Shown in pieces: positions 46,701-58,300 of a DNA stretch of 64,000 bases. Both the position numbers and the translations under genes were made by a program. Source of the stretch: a virus; IMG/VR virus record IMGVR_UViG_3300025849_000010, positions 1-64,000 of that record; one strand, 5' to 3'. Position 1 is the stretch's first letter; each line of letters starts with the position of its first letter. Under the pieces are notes generated by a model. The model saw only the letters and a list, made by a program, of their open reading frames with translations. It did no database searches and was not told the origin of the DNA.

Positions 46701-49659
46701 TTGTTTGGTTTGAATTGAGTGTAATAATATTATCTGCAATATTAACTGTTGTTGAATTAACTGTAGTAGTTGTGCCTGTAATAGTTAAGTCGCCTTCGAC
46801 AATCATTCCAGTTAGTACACGAACACTGCCGCCACCAAATGCATCAAGTTCTAGATCTGAACTAGAAACTGCTGTACGTATTTTGTTTCCTTCTATAAAC
46901 AATGCATCAGTAGTAAACCTTGCACTATAAATGTCAGTACCTTGTACAGGACTAAAGAAGTCAATAAAGCCACCCGGAGTTGCGCCAATTTGGATATTTC
47001 CAGGAGTATTAACTTGTGTAATTGTGTTTCCGCTGATACTAATGTCGCCAATGTCAGCTGCCGTGTTTACATCTAAGTTTTCTAATAAAGCAAGTCCTGT
47101 AGTTGTTAAACCAACAAACTGAGGCGATGCTGATTGTGCAACATCTTGACCAATTGCAATAGAACCAGTTGTATTATTATATGTTACGCCTGTGCTGCCA
47201 CTTAGTGCAGCTCTTGCTCTCGCATCTGTATAGTAAAGATTAACAACGCCTTCCGGAACACCGTCTGTTGTTCCAGTAAACACACTAGCACTACCTAACG
47301 GAGTATATGTTATACCGTTGTTTGAAAATTCCCATTGATCATTAGTTTCATTCCAACGTATACCTACGTTGTTTGCTGATCCACGTTCAACTGTAAAGTT
47401 AATATCCTGCGTTGGAGCAGCAGTTTCATCAGAATTCATTAACAATGTAAGGCCTGCATAACGCAAGTTTGTTGAGTTAATCTGTGTTGTTGAGCCGCCT
47501 AATGTTGTGTTACCTGTGGTTATTAATCCACCAAATGTAGGAATTGCTGTAGGAGCAACATCTTGACCAATTGCAATAGTACCTGTAGTATTGTTGTATG
47601 TAACACCGTTTGCACCTGTTAATGATTGTCTAGATCTTAGAGCAGTAAAGTATAAATTAACAGTACCTTCAGTTAAATCATCAGTATCAAATACTGTCAT
47701 ATCAACACGCACTTCGTTAGCTGTTGCTATAATACCATTACCAGCAGCAACGTTAATAGTAACATCTCCTGTTAGCTGTGTATTACCTGCGTCCACTAAT
47801 CCTGCACCAGCAAATACGTTTACGCCTGCGCTAATACGAGTTGCAACTTCTGCATCAACATACGCTTTGAAGTTTGGATTATTATCAATACTTGCTGCAA
47901 TTTCTGATAACGTATTCATACTAGAAATAGGAGCCGGAGTTCCAAGAATGTTATCACGAATTGTGTTTACATAGGTAGTAGTTGTGTAGTTGTTGGCTGT
48001 TAAGTACGACTGAACACGTTCGTTAGTATAGTATTTTCTATTTAAATCAGCACTTATGCCGTCTAGCCCATTAGTATAAACTGCATCTGCCCATTCAGCA
48101 CCATTCCAAAATACAGCATCGCCCTGTGTGCCTTCTGGCAATCTGTTAGAGTCAACTCGAACAGTGCCGCCCAGTCCTTGAACTGTGTTAACACCGGCGT
48201 TTGCTGCAACAAGCAAATCAACATAATTTTTAGTTGTAGCATCTGTACTAGAAGTCGGTTCAGACATGTTTTTAATTTGTACTGTTCTTACTCCAGCTTG
48301 TCCTAATAAAAGAACTCCGCTAGTTGTATCGATAGTTATTGGACTAGACGAAGCAATTGTGCTATTTTGTAAATATAACCCACTTACTGAACTAATAAGT
48401 AAGTCTTCTAAAATACCTACATTAGTTAAGTTAGAGTTTACAACACTATTACCTAAAGTGTCTGCACTCAAAATCATTTGTTTGTTAATTGAGTATTTTT
48501 TGCCGCTAGGTAGATCGAAGTCTTGATTTGATCTCCAATATCCGCTATCAGAAGAATCGTAAGTTAAGCTAGCATTAGCACCAGAAAGTGTAATGCCGCC
48601 ACCGTTTACGTCACCTGCACTAATAGCGCCACTGCCTAATGTTAGATTACTGTCTTCAACTACAACTTCCGTAGTTGAAATAGTTGTTAATTCTCCATCA
48701 ACTCTTAAATTACCTGTAATACGGGCATCGCCGCCAACATCAAGTGTATATTCTGGGGATGAAGAAAATATACCAACTGATCTGTTAGGCGTATTAATTG
48801 TAATGGCGTTTTCTCTAATGCCGTCAACACTAACACTAATTGCCATTGTTTGGTTACTTCTAGTATTAGTAATGTTGTAGCGATCAGATTCCATAGTATG
48901 TGTTACCTGACCTTGTGCGCCTAGAACAACACCGTTATTTGAGGCAACTGTTAATCTACCATTAATTGTTCCAGAAGTATAAGTTGACAAAAACTGCGAA
49001 GCATCTCTACGTACACCACTAGCGTCCAATAAGAACTTTGCAGTATCAACTGTTACGTTATTGTTAGTAAATGTCTGCGCAGTACTAGCATTAAAGCCGG
49101 TATATAAGTTGTCACCTAGTTCTGGAATTTGGCCAGCTAATGGAACAAAATTCTTTGGAGAGTACGCACCTAGCATTACACCATCTGTAAATATCTTAGT
49201 AATAGTTACCGGCTGTAGCTGATCATCTCTAATTGTTTCAGTAACAAATCCGCTTGTGTTTTGTGACTTACTGTAAATAGGTCCTGCTAATGTAAGGTCA
49301 GTTCCATCATAAAAGTACATTTGGTTTTCTTTCGAATCCATCCAAATGTCGCCTGCAACAAGTGCAGTTGGCTGTGTTTCTGAAACAATTGGGCCAGCGC
49401 CTGCTCTAAATGTACTACCATCGTAAATTTTAAGTCTATTTTCGTTTTTATCATACCACAACTGACCTTGCAACGGATTGCGCGGACTTGTAGAACTTGC
49501 AAAGTTTTCAAGCAACTTAACAAAGTTTTCGTTTAGTATCTCACCAAACCCTGCATAGTTTCTACCTATCAGTGTAATGTCGATACTATTACTGTCAATA
49601 GTACCGTCAATTACTTCTGTAATCAGCGTCCCATCTGTTCTATTGATTCTATATGCCAT
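43744..49659 (-). CDS. Long tail fibre with C-terminal peptidase S74 chaperone domain
   Basis: 1971 aa, Gly/Thr/Asn-rich; DATTKNYVD; TSDYRLK...GFLAHQVQEVVP...LVPLL followed by a terminal coiled coil. Confidence 0.88.
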   Translation of the reverse strand: MAYRINRTDGTLITEVIDGTIDSNSIDITLIGRNYAGFGEILNENFVKLLENFASSTSPRNPLQGQLWYDKNENRLKIYDGSTFRAGAGPIVSETQPTALVAGDIWMDSKENQMYFYDGTDLTLAGPIYSKSQNTSGFVTETIRDDQLQPVTITKIFTDGVMLGAYSPKNFVPLAGQIPELGDNLYTGFNASTAQTFTNNNVTVDTAKFLLDASGVRRDASQFLSTYTSGTINGRLTVASNNGVVLGAQGQVTHTMESDRYNITNTRSNQTMAISVSVDGIRENAITINTPNRSVGIFSSSPEYTLDVGGDARITGNLRVDGELTTISTTEVVVEDSNLTLGSGAISAGDVNGGGITLSGANASLTYDSSDSGYWRSNQDFDLPSGKKYSINKQMILSADTLGNSVVNSNLTNVGILEDLLISSVSGLYLQNSTIASSSPITIDTTSGVLLLGQAGVRTVQIKNMSEPTSSTDATTKNYVDLLVAANAGVNTVQGLGGTVRVDSNRLPEGTQGDAVFWNGAEWADAVYTNGLDGISADLNRKYYTNERVQSYLTANNYTTTTYVNTIRDNILGTPAPISSMNTLSEIAASIDNNPNFKAYVDAEVATRISAGVNVFAGAGLVDAGNTQLTGDVTINVAAGNGIIATANEVRVDMTVFDTDDLTEGTVNLYFTALRSRQSLTGANGVTYNNTTGTIAIGQDVAPTAIPTFGGLITTGNTTLGGSTTQINSTNLRYAGLTLLMNSDETAAPTQDINFTVERGSANNVGIRWNETNDQWEFSNNGITYTPLGSASVFTGTTDGVPEGVVNLYYTDARARAALSGSTGVTYNNTTGSIAIGQDVAQSASPQFVGLTTTGLALLENLDVNTAADIGDISISGNTITQVNTPGNIQIGATPGGFIDFFSPVQGTDIYSARFTTDALFIEGNKIRTAVSSSDLELDAFGGGSVRVLTGMIVEGDLTITGTTTTVNSTTVNIADNIITLNSNQTTLPTLNAGIEVERGSLTNVLIRWNESSDRWEATNDGAGYFPIAESTDALSEGSTNVYYTQGRFDTAFGAKDSDDLSEGITNFYYTNSRFAASLSSTTTNALAEGTSNLYFTDARARAAISVTGDGTYNSGTGIITIDSPVDSVNGLTGVVTLTSNEISEGNNNRYFTEARARLSLAGSTGVTYDNASGQIAIGQPVETTSNVQFNNLTLTGTLDTDGNATVAKDLNTVNYAQDAQLKVTGANNTNFVLGMGYETNADFAFIEAKELSQGGRNLAIQPLGTDTQGRVAIGKTTAQALLDVNGTVKALAVDTASLNVNELTIGGTINFRDNVISTIDSNADIELRPQGTGDIYIPNGKLGIGYDPVIYGATPRPATYKLDVDGVSDLVVARIKNTESTTDAGPYFNVYRDSANPADSDFIGGIQLTGNDNLGNETAFSRIRSQILDFTASTKASRTIFENYKNNVYVEHSFGNNEVVFNETGADVNFRIEGNGAPDAVFVNGADGNVGFGTQSPVQRLDINGNLGIGSVEVITAARSLTNIVDYAATGQLQINGSATLGDLTYASNHAMNGSVTFSDNTSSMVIDGSEMRSQGGITVRLDTDVSNGANEYFKVINNSGTELYSVNSSTGVSKFANAFTIPATDGSANQALITNGLGAATWQSISSTVVAEGTNLYYTQSRFDTAFGNKSTTNLGEGLNLYYTDARVQTKLANVSGSVFPNTNATYDVGSQINNFRTGYFSSGLGIGLNTSLSAELHISGTADQEARVQSTSNGDALFQGIGSGTGKGGRFKGNPDTYIGGSNSASVYFESGLSEVMRMNSSQFIIGGGAFSPTANRVMITTSGDMEFGTNTTALRDVISFKNANGTIGSVTTDGSTTAYNTTSDYRLKEVVGDMSDAADRVKALKPIKFTYIADENENVHDGFLAHQVQEVVPQAVYGEKDAVEDDGRVKAQQLDHSKLVPLLTGALQNALNKIDDLEARLAKLENK
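44580..48045 (-). repeat. Dispersed peptide repeats in the long fibre
   Basis: About 9 copies of (EG..)N.Y(Y/F)T..R and 3 of GVTY.N..G.IAIGQ; exact 25-nt DNA repeat at 47138-47162 and 47555-47579. Confidence 0.8.
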
Positions 49660-51752
49660 TATGTTATTTCCCCAGCGTAAATGATAAAGTTGAGAGACAT
49701 GTAAGGGTTAAGTACATTTAAAGGTGTGCCTGTTTGTACTTCAGTGCCATCAGGACCGACTACACTACCTGCATTTGAAGATAGTTGTCCACCGTCTGTG
49801 ACTGTTCCTGATGAAGTAATTGACATTCCGTTTCCTGTTTGCCCGTCATTGTAATCTCTGTAAGCATAGAAAGGATCACCTGTTGTGCTTTCCATGTTAT
49901 GCGAGTGTTCTGGTAGGTTGCTAGCACTTAAAGTTCTTGACTCTGCGCCGCCTGTTCTACCCACTGCCGAAGCAGCATTATTTGACACGCGGTTAGCTGC
50001 GCCGCCACCAGTGCCTTCTAAGTTATTCATACTATCTACACCAAGGACCATACGGCCTCTTAAGTCTGGTAGATAAAAATTACCAGGCTGTGGATCATCT
50101 AGCTGTGGATATAAATTGCTTGCTCCGCCGAGTACAGTATATAATTGATTAAATTTTGTTTGACTTACCTGACTTCCGTCACATAGTAGCCATCCTGCAG
50201 GTCTTGTTGCTACAACACTCCAATCACCTGCCCAAGGCGTAATACTCCCCACTGGCAAAGTTGGTACTAAACTTAATAAATCATTAACTGTGGTTTTTCT
50301 TAAAGCGTTGCCAACGTCATTGATTAAAAGTTCGTCTGCTTCTCTATTAATATCTGCTCTAGGTAATAAACTTTTATTACCAATAAGTTCTGGTCCAAGT
50401 GTAGTTTCAAATTCTTGAACAAACTGGCCTGTTCCAGCATTTGCAGTACCGTCGTATTCAACTTCGGTGCTTGTAACATCTCCTACTAATCTAAATGTAG
50501 TTGAGTTAGCAAGCGAAGTTGCACTTTCAACGTTACCTTCAATTGTTAGGTTACTACCAGTAATGGTTTCTGCATTTAATACTGTAGTATAAACTGTATT
50601 TGTATAAAGATTTCTGTACTTATTAGATGCACTACCGATGTCATGAATGCCTTGACCTTCGGTAACAAGATTTGTAGTTGTTAAGTTTCCATTAACTTTT
50701 ACAATGTCGTTAAAATAAGACTGCCCAGCAACACCAATGCCACCCGCTGTTCTTATAGAACCTGTTTGACTGTTGGTGCTTGCTTCTGTTCCTGTAACAA
50801 CTACTGCTGTTGCATTGCTATTAATGACAGTACTGTTTCCAGTTACTACTATGTTTCCAGCGTTGGATATAGTAACCGGAGTTGTTTGTATTCCAGCATT
50901 ATTAACTTGGAATTTGATGTCGGCGCCGTCAACGTTATTAGTTAAAATTCCGTCGCCGCCAGCAACTCGAACATTAAATGTACCTTCTTCGCCTAAGAAT
51001 ACGCCCGCATCTGCTTTAACACGCAAATTGCCTTGTATTGCTCCGCTAATATCATTTCTTAAAAATTTATCAGCACTAATAGTACTGCCAGCAATACTTA
51101 ACGCTTCAGCACGTTCGGCTGTTCCGTAGTATTTAAATGCTAAACCAGATGTTGCATTTTTAAGGGTAATTCCTTTGTACAATAAATCAAATCCTGGAAT
51201 TTTAGTTCTTGGTCTAATGTAAGGAATACCTGTTGATTCTTCAGCAGAGTTAATAACTGCAATTAATTCGTTTGCAATGAATACTTTAATAACAAAATAA
51301 GTGTTGTTGTTAACATCAACAACTTCTTCTGCAATAATACCTGTTTTATTGCCTTCGCTATAGTTTGGTCCTACTAAGATCCAAGCACCATTAGCAAACA
51401 AGTACAATGTTTTATTTTGCGAGTCAACCCATAGATCGCCTTCTTGTGTTTCTGCCGCTGTCGGTTTCGTATTTGATTTTTTAAGGCCGCCAATTTCAAC
51501 CCACTGTGTACTATCAAATACGTACATAACGTTTGTTGTGGTATTATACCATATTTGTCCTTCAACAGGATTATTTGGAGCATCGATATTAGCAAAGTTT
51601 TCTAATAAGTGCAAAAAGTTTTCGCCAGTTGCAACTGCATAACCGGCAGTATTTTTACCAATAAACTTTAAATCAGTTTGTTCATTAATAGTAAGATCAT
51701 CTACAACAATAGGTTCTTTAGTAGTATCACTAAATGTAATAGTATATGGCAT
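49659..51752 (-). CDS. Short tail fibre with tail-collar domain
   Basis: Shared fibre N-terminus; PVGSITPWAG...GWLLCDG...LPDLRGR collar; LPEHSH metal-binding motif; NPYMSLNFII. Confidence 0.85.
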   Translation of the reverse strand: MPYTITFSDTTKEPIVVDDLTINEQTDLKFIGKNTAGYAVATGENFLHLLENFANIDAPNNPVEGQIWYNTTTNVMYVFDSTQWVEIGGLKKSNTKPTAAETQEGDLWVDSQNKTLYLFANGAWILVGPNYSEGNKTGIIAEEVVDVNNNTYFVIKVFIANELIAVINSAEESTGIPYIRPRTKIPGFDLLYKGITLKNATSGLAFKYYGTAERAEALSIAGSTISADKFLRNDISGAIQGNLRVKADAGVFLGEEGTFNVRVAGGDGILTNNVDGADIKFQVNNAGIQTTPVTISNAGNIVVTGNSTVINSNATAVVVTGTEASTNSQTGSIRTAGGIGVAGQSYFNDIVKVNGNLTTTNLVTEGQGIHDIGSASNKYRNLYTNTVYTTVLNAETITGSNLTIEGNVESATSLANSTTFRLVGDVTSTEVEYDGTANAGTGQFVQEFETTLGPELIGNKSLLPRADINREADELLINDVGNALRKTTVNDLLSLVPTLPVGSITPWAGDWSVVATRPAGWLLCDGSQVSQTKFNQLYTVLGGASNLYPQLDDPQPGNFYLPDLRGRMVLGVDSMNNLEGTGGGAANRVSNNAASAVGRTGGAESRTLSASNLPEHSHNMESTTGDPFYAYRDYNDGQTGNGMSITSSGTVTDGGQLSSNAGSVVGPDGTEVQTGTPLNVLNPYMSLNFIIYAGEIT

Positions 51753-51754
51753 TC

Positions 51755-52366
51755 TTAGACCTCACTTCCGCCACTTAGACTTTGAATTCTAACTGTATAA
51801 TCAATTTGAATAAGTCTGTTCAGTGACTTTTGTACTGGGTGGAAAATAACATGAGTAACAAGTAAGTTATCGCCTGTAGTGCGCTTTGCTTTTAGACCAA
51901 GTTCGTCAAATACAAATAATGCTTCGGTATCGGTAGAGTTATCAAAAGCATCTTGACCTTCTGGTTCGCCGTAGTCTAGTAAACAACTTACAACAATATC
52001 AGTATAATTAACACCGGTAACATGGCGAGTTTCAATTCTGTTTCTTAGCGGGTCAGTGTTTTCAGTACTGCGATCGTCAACAACCTTACTAAATGTTTGA
52101 TTGTACAAACTTGCATTGGTTCCTGTTGAGTTAGGAGTTAAGTAAGTGATAATGCCTGTTGGGTCAACCGCAGTTCCTCCATTACCAAAGCTCATTTCAT
52201 ATATGTTACCTTGGCCAGCATTAGCAATACTTTCAGCTAACGCAATACTCATGTTCTCATAGTGAATAGCATTTCGCTTATTCACATAGACTTCCTTAGT
52301 TTCCGGATCATATATTTTAATATGCCCTTCTACGTGTATCCCACTCGGTTCATTAATTTTTGTCAT
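51755..52366 (-). CDS. Probable baseplate/tail structural protein
   Basis: 203 aa between the giant protein and the fibres; FDELGL...HPVQKS..R.IQIDYTVRI. Confidence 0.65.
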   Translation of the reverse strand: MTKINEPSGIHVEGHIKIYDPETKEVYVNKRNAIHYENMSIALAESIANAGQGNIYEMSFGNGGTAVDPTGIITYLTPNSTGTNASLYNQTFSKVVDDRSTENTDPLRNRIETRHVTGVNYTDIVVSCLLDYGEPEGQDAFDNSTDTEALFVFDELGLKAKRTTGDNLLVTHVIFHPVQKSLNRLIQIDYTVRIQSLSGGSEV

Positions 52367-52387
52367 ATTTTTCTCTCTACCATATTG

Positions 52388-52394
52388 TATTTAT
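52388..52394 (-). promoter_or_regulatory. Late-type promoter box
   Basis: ATAAATA overlapping the stop codon of the giant gene. Confidence 0.6.
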
Positions 52395-55300
52395 TTAGGA
52401 AACGAAACTGTTTGGGCACGTAAGAACTTGCCTATTGCATTTTCTGTATCTGATAAACTTTCTCCACGATTCTGCCATATTACACCCTGTTTACGCTTGA
52501 TTACTATCTTTGCGCCTACTTTTGGAGCAACTGTTAAACGCACAGACGGTGTTCCATTAACACTAAAATCTGCAGGTAACCCGCTGTCACCTAACGGACT
52601 TAGCTGGTCTTTGTCTGGGTTATATAATGTGCATGGCGCTTTGTTCATTCTCTTACCCTCTACAAAAACTTCAATATCATCTGCTTGTCCATATGTCTCA
52701 GGAATTGATGTTGCAGTTGGGTCAAATTCGTTATTTCTGTTCCAACCGTTGTTTGCTCTTACTGTAGCTGTATTTAACTTCGGAGTGTATGGAAGCGAAT
52801 ATTCTTGTGTTATTCCGTCACCGTAAAATACTTCAGTAAGCTCTGTGTCAAGATAATCAATTGTTAAACTCTTACCTTGATTTAGAACTTCTGTCGCAGC
52901 ATGATAAATTTCTTTAGTAGCAGTGCCATACGTTCCTCTTCTTAGTTGTGATAGTATATTTCCTTCTTTCTTCATGTACTCAATACGTTCTGATCCAACG
53001 AATATAATTCCTGGAACGTTTTGTCTTACAATTGGATCGTCTAATACACTAGCATCATCTACCTCAATACTGCTGTCATACCAATTTAGTAATGTAGTTA
53101 ACTTTGTTGACTTTTCAGTATTAACTGCTTTGTAATGAGTTCTATTCAAGTTATCAGTAAACTGTCTAAATGCAAAACTCTTTTCAACTGGATCATAATC
53201 AAATATAACAATACTAAATGTATCAGTGCTGTTAATATTACGAGCAATATCAACTTGTACTGCGGTGCCGCCTTCGATTAGTGTGTAATCTCTGTGAGGA
53301 GTTAACAAAGAACCGTTGATTGCAACTAGTACGTAGTTTGCATTTGAAACTGGTGTGCTTAGAAGAATAATTCCGGCATTGCCTGCAACACTACTACGGT
53401 ACCATTTGCTTGCAGGAGTTAATGTACGTCTACTTAGTACGCTCTTAGATTTATGCTGAGTGTCAAACACATCAGTGTTGTAAAAACTCATAATCATCAA
53501 GTTTGTGCCGCTCGGTAATGCAGTAGGAGTTACTAACTTTCCGTTCATCACATAGTATTGTGCATTTGTCATGATGAATACTTTTATCTCTTGACCTAAT
53601 TTAAGTTTACCAGCAATGAAAGCAATTGTGTTAGATCCAAAATCAATTTGGTAATCAACCCCTAGTTCTTTAATTATACCGTCTACATAAACTTCTGTGT
53701 GTCCTGAACTAAACTCGCCATATTCAAAGTCACTTAGGTCAACTTGAAAGTCGTCTGCGCCGTTAGCTGTAAACACCTGTGTGTATCCGCCATTTAACAT
53801 TTTGTCATCAGCAAATACTACTAAGAAGTTAGCACTTGGAGAAGCACCATACGGAGTGTCATCAAGATCAAACTGTGTTGTACTACCGTCAGCTGTTTCT
53901 AGCTGCTTTTGTATGTAACTATAATCTGGAGACTCGTCGTTATATACTGTGTATTTGATGTCAGCGTTAGTTGGCGGAGTTGGATCAAAATCTAGACCTA
54001 GTCTGTTAGATTCTTGGTAAGAATCATCTGTTACAAGCAATCTTGGCTTAACTCGTTTGCCATTAACTGTTGCAAATACTCTTAGGTCTTTAGTATATTT
54101 CAATGGAGTAATAAATTCGCTTGTACTTCCGTCGCCAGTAAATCCGTCAATTAAAATAATATCATTGCCGTTTGTACCAAATGTCATAATAGTAACAACA
54201 TCGTTTACGCTTGGTACTGTATTCAATATTATAGTTTTACCTGGATTAATCAGGTAATCATTTAACGACTGTATATTAACATCTAACTCTGCTACTTCAC
54301 TAGTTAGCAATGTTTTTTGTGGTTGCAAAGTAGATAGTTCTGTTGTATAATCACTAATAGCTATAGATAGTTGTGATTCAGTTTCTACTAGTGCAGCAAG
54401 GTCTACTGTTTCTTGACTAAACTGACTATTGTAACCCGACAACTGACCTTGCAGAACACTAATCTGGCTTAGTAAACTAGCTAGCTGACTTTCGTAAGTA
54501 GGACTCTGAGGACTAAGCGATGCAACCTGTGACTCTAATGAAGCAATTTGAGACTGTGTAAAGAGTATACTATTTTCAATTGCATCTAGTAACGACTGCT
54601 GATTGATTATTTCAACTGCAATGTCATCTAATTGTGTTTCTAATGGAGCAATTAATACCTGTAGTTCGTCAATTCTAGACGAAACTATAGTAAGCTGTTC
54701 TTCTTTAATAGCCTTGTTACTTTCGTATGCTGTTAAGAAGTCAGTGTACGCTGCAAAGTTTGGAGTATACTGATACTGGTTTGGACGCAGGATCTTATTA
54801 TTAACTTTTATTATTAGCGCATCTTTACTTTGCGGATCTGCAATATAAGCAAAACTCTTAGTGCTTCCATCTGCTACGTAACTAATGCTGTTAATCTGTG
54901 GGCCGCCACTACGTGACAAGCTATAAACAAACATGTCAATAGATTCCGAAACGTGCCCCGGAACTTGCTCTTCTAAGCCGCCGCTTGTAGTTGGTGTAAC
55001 AAATCCGTCGCCATCCATTGTGATATCTTCTGGATTATACCCAGTAGCTTGAGCATATCCTAGATCGCCGCCGTTAACAATACTATCAATATCAACGCCT
55101 ACTGGGATGAAGCTGCCATCACTTGTTGATTTTCTTAAGATAACTTGTTCTTGTCCTGCATCACCTAATATAACACTTGACAAATTCTGTAACGGAATAG
55201 TAAAGTCTGTTGTTTCTCCGTCACCTGCAATAGTTTGCATTACTGCATTTGTATTCGTTATGCCTGTTCCTACATTCCAGTTAGTATCATCAATACGAAC

Positions 55301-58300
55301 TCCGTTTACATAAACGTTCCATATGTCATCAACCGCAGGTGCAGTTGCAAATGTATAAGTTAGCTCAGTAGCATCATTGTAAAGTGTGATATCTGTAAAT
55401 GTTTCGTCACTACCTTCCCAAGTTACGTTGTCCCAACTTGTTCCGTCTGTGCCCCAACCGCCTGAAGGTTCAAATCCAAAACCTGTTACGCTTACACCGC
55501 CATAGTCTACGCCTGTCATTAACGCAGCCGGGTCTTTTGCAAGTTGTCCAACAGTTGGGTTGTAATAATAGTTAATTCTATCATAGGCCCTTAAGAACGA
55601 AATGTCTTTTTTGTATTCAATAGTTAAAGTTTCGGTTGCTTCTGCTGCTATTAATATTTCTAAATGTCCGAACAACTTAGTTAGTCCGTCGACTTTAGTA
55701 GTAGCATTTCCTAAACTATATTCGCTGTCTAGCAATTCCTCGCCATTAATTTTAACAGTAGTTAAACCTTTTCTTAAATCAGCTGGCCACTTTAGCGCAA
55801 ATGTTGTTTGCACGCCTGTGCCTAAAAATGTTTCTGTAACATCTAAATTTAGTACTTCTGATTGACCTAGTGTCCTATCAAATTTAATTGTTATGTCGTT
55901 TTTACGAATTGTATTATTATCAATGATAGCAATAAGTGTAGCAGTTTCGCCTGTATCATCAACTGAGCCGTTAATAATTACATCAGGTCTTGAGTAATAC
56001 CCAGTTCCTGAATTAGTTACCACAACATTAGTGATTTTTCCGCCACTACCGATATATGCTTTAGCTGTTGCGCCGCGGCCGCCGCCACCGCTGATTGTTA
56101 ACTCAGGTGCTGTTTGATAACCTATACCGGCATTTTGTATTTGTATATCACTTACACCGTATGTGTGGTTATCTTTCCAACTCTGATCTGGATATATATC
56201 CAACGATGTATTTCCATCTAATACTAGATCGTTATTAAACACTTTAATGTTATTTGTTGATTTTAAATCAAAGTCAGTGGTTAGTGTGCTAACTACTTCA
56301 GTTTTGTTATAGCTACTTACAAATTCCCTTACTTTAGTTCTATATGGTTTTACTTCGTTGATGTAATCTTGATAAGAAGTTAAACTATCATTTTTATATG
56401 TAATTCTCTGTTCTAGTTCTCCTACATTGTGTTTTGCCTTTACAAAACTTGTTTTAAAGATCCAGTCAACTGGTGTCTGTTCAGTTAACACATAGCGAAC
56501 ACTGTTAAAGAATAAGTTGTTAAATTCTACTTGTAAGTTATCAATAAAGATATTATTACGGATAGCATCAAGAATGATTCTTGCTTCTTGAGTCGGAATA
56601 CTATCGTAGTTTACTTCTTCATAACTAATACCGTCATATCCTAATACGTTTTGATCAAAATCATATAATGCTGAACTTAATTCTATAGTTGCCTTTTCTC
56701 TTCCAACTACAGTATAGTTTAAGTTGATATCACTTTCATTAGTTTCATTATTTCTCTTTAATAGTAACCAAGTTCCGCTACTGCCGACATTGGTAATTTT
56801 TACTATTTGTCCAGGGCGCGGCGAAATATTTAATAATTGGTATGACCCGTCAATTAAGAAATCAATCGGTGTATTTGCAGTTACGCCAGATGAATACCAA
56901 TCTCTGTAAGTCCAGTAACTTGACACATCATACGATTGTATTCTAGTTAGCTGCCAGTTCTTGTTTCTAGTATCGTAAACATATAGTCCCCACTTGTTAG
57001 TATTATTAACGTTTGTACTTAGAACTGTATATTGTCTAACTACTGCATAAGTATCGTCTATATATCCAGTACCTGGGTTAACAATAGAGACGCTGTCTAT
57101 TCTACCAAATGCATCAATAGTTGCTTCTAATACTGCATCTTTACCTTGGCCTACTACCGTGATGTCCGGTGCTTGTAAATATCCTCTACCAGGATTGTCA
57201 ATAACAACATCTGTTATGTTGCCGTTTTCAATTCTTAAACTAATATCAGCAGTAGTAAGTTTACCAGTAGCAATAAAGTTTAACTCTAAGTCATCGGATA
57301 TTTCTATGTCAAACAGTTTTGATTCTGCTGTTGGTACTAATTCTTTCTCAAAGAACGGTGATATGTCGAAGTCGTCAACAAGTATGTTTTTAGAGAATAC
57401 ATAGTTAATGTATTCAATTGCTTGTTTCATTGCTTCGATTCTATTTTTAAACATGCCCTGTCTTGGCTTATTTAAAATACCGTAGCGTTGCTTTTCTCCT
57501 AGATTTGGATTTGGCACTGGATAACCATCAGTTGTAAATCCAACTAAACTATCATACCACTTTTTAATTAATAGGTCATTAGGTATACTAATATCTAAAC
57601 CTTCAGAGATAATTTGGTATTGTCTATGTATGTTAGTATCAGTTTTGTCTGTTGTCCAGAATCTAATATTAACTGCAATGTCTGCATCATTTAGATATTG
57701 TTTGGCATTATATAGTACAAAACTATTATTACTGGTTATTGCTATGTAGCTATATCCCTGTCCGCTCGGATCTTTAATTAGATTAGCAATAGACGCAACA
57801 TCGATTGCTCTTCCGTCTTTCTGAGGCACAGTTGTTTTATTTTTAACCCAGAACATATATTTGTTTGTAAATATTTTTGCTATCGGATCGTACTCTTTAG
57901 CAATTACATAAGAAGTATCTCCGTATTTTGATGTTCCGGTAATACCTAGTGCAGGGCCTTCGTCTGATGCAGATAGCTCATCGTATACACTTGGTTTGTA
58001 CTTTGAACTTACCCATTCGTACACATCAATACTGCCATATTGGTTTAATTTACTCCAATTGTTAGCTCTATATAATGCTGAGTTTTGATGATAGTTTACA
58101 AAGCGTGAAGTTGTTAAGTCCCACCATACATCGCCTACATTAGTTGCGTCCCAGGCTCCAACTTCATCAATGTTTACACTATCGTCACCAACAGTATAAA
58201 CTGCTGGATCCCAGAATGTTTTATATTTTATTTCTTGATCAGCAGGTCCTGCAATTTTTCCTTGTAAAGGATCAATAATGTCTAGTTCTTTTACTAACAC

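Noticed and set aside
44580-48045. CRISPR array or DGR template/variable repeats
   Set aside because: Repeats are in-frame peptide repeats at irregular spacing; no reverse transcriptase or cas gene, and no adenine-specific mismatch pattern noticed.
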